From the NCBI GenBank assembly GCA_963665665.1, contig OY762428.1, forward strand, positions 5,248,001 to 5,312,000: a DNA stretch of 64,000 nucleotides, read 5' to 3'. The number at the start of each line of letters is the position of its first letter. Position 1 is the stretch's first letter. Origin of the DNA: Candidatus Kapaibacterium sp. Its GTDB lineage: Bacteria; Bacteroidota; Ignavibacteria; Kapaibacteriales; UBA2268. Below the pieces are notes generated by a model, which was given only the letters and a program-made list of their open reading frames with translations, ran no database searches and was not told where the DNA came from. Positions 63,035 to 64,000 of this stretch are shown here, piece by piece. Made by a program: the position numbers and the translations under genes.

Positions 63035-64000
63035 ATGAAGAAGTCCTTACTGATTTTAATCCAATTTTTAATAATTTTTACTACTTCTCTGATCTTTGCT
63101 GATTCAAATAATTCAATAGCAGTAAAGGATGCCATTGAAATTGCAGAAAAGAATAACCCTGAGCTGAACGCGATGAAAAACGAGCTTGAAGCACTCGGTT
63201 ACAGGAAAACATCAGTTTACAGCCCTGAAAAAACATTTATCAATTACGCAGAAGAAGGTGTAAACGGTAATTTTTACGCAGAAAAGCGTTTCAGTATTAT
63301 ACAGGGATTTGATTTCCCGTTAAAAACAATTTACAGGGCATCTGCTATAAATGCTGAACGGGAAAGCCTGGAATTAAAAATTGATTCAAGGATTAGGGAG
63401 ATCAAAGCTGAAGTAAAAAAAACTTATTCACGGCTTGCATATTATCAGCAGGTTTTGAAGATACGGCAGATTCAGACTTCCCTTGCTGACTCTCTGAATA
63501 AGGCGGTATATTTCAGATTTGAGGCCGGATATGCAACTGAACTTGACAAAATGAAATCCGAGATATTTCTTGAAGAAGCCCGAAACGACCTGAATGATAT
63601 TAAAGTGAAGCTTCATGTTTCCCGTTATGATCTGTTCACTTTGATTGGACTCGACCCGGAAAAACAATCTTACGATATTGAATTTCCTGATTCACTTGTA
63701 TACAGGGATGTAGAAATTATTCAAAATGAAGTTCTGGGACTTCTCGAAAAATACCCGGGTGTTAGCAGCAGTATGAAAAAACAGGAAATTTATAATAACT
63801 ATGCTAAAGCAGCCACCGCTGATCTGCTACCGGATTTGAACCTGGCTTATCATAAACATGATTACGGAGACGGCTTTGATTTTTTCGGTTTTGAAGTAGG
63901 CCTTAGCTTACCGGTTTGGTTTTTCCTTGATCAATCTGCAAAAGCACAGGAACAGACTCTTCTTGGTGAAAATGCAAGATGGCTGCACAAGCAAAGCCTG
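63035..64000 (+). CDS. TolC-family outer membrane efflux protein (runs off the window end; absent from the ORF track)
   Basis: Manual translation MKKSLLILIQF...DAIEIAEKNNPEL...FDFP...EVKKTY...RFEAG...LLPD...LSLPVWF. Confidence 0.85.
   Translation, partial: MKKSLLILIQFLIIFTTSLIFADSNNSIAVKDAIEIAEKNNPELNAMKNELEALGYRKTSVYSPEKTFINYAEEGVNGNFYAEKRFSIIQGFDFPLKTIYRASAINAERESLELKIDSRIREIKAEVKKTYSRLAYYQQVLKIRQIQTSLADSLNKAVYFRFEAGYATELDKMKSEIFLEEARNDLNDIKVKLHVSRYDLFTLIGLDPEKQSYDIEFPDSLVYRDVEIIQNEVLGLLEKYPGVSSSMKKQEIYNNYAKAATADLLPDLNLAYHKHDYGDGFDFFGFEVGLSLPVWFFLDQSAKAQEQTLLGENARWLHKQSL

Noticed and set aside
216-63667. Numerous short antisense or alternate-frame ORFs in the track
   Set aside because: They are shadows of well-supported genes and have no independent motifs

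Overview
AT-rich bacterial chromosomal window. It most likely comes from the Bacteroidota/Chlorobi/Ignavibacteria group, possibly Ca. Kapabacteria (inferred from TAnnTTTG promoter elements, T9SS C-terminal sorting domains, DUF5777/YceI and large OmpA proteins). Most of it is housekeeping and envelope genes: topA, gyrA, K+ channel, rhomboid, D-Ala-D-Ala dipeptidase, pruA, a Na+-pumping acyl-CoA decarboxylase operon, an exosortase pair, an ABC exporter, a RecD-like helicase, two hybrid kinases, nhaP/mntP/nitrilase/crcB, an orphan CheZ-like gene, pepE, dcp and a truncated TolC. I found no rRNA, tRNA, CRISPR, transposase or RT gene. Four things stand out. (1) Two related ~1.7-1.9 kb non-coding loci (46.5-48.4 kb and, inverted, 58.5-60.15 kb) are each built around a giant foldback of 21-bp units centred on the palindrome GAACATGTTC. 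The two arms change in a compensatory way between copies, and each foldback sits in a shuffled mosaic of REP-like palindromes. A third 21-bp array lies at 9.8 kb. (2) A tandem pair of Cys-periodic peptides at 31.4-32.0 kb share an identical 20-aa leader (candidate RiPP precursors) and lie directly upstream of an M64 peptidase, with no maturase in the window. (3) A pentaheme c-type cytochrome carries a T9SS sorting domain. (4) There is a dif-like Xer site at 38.26 kb.
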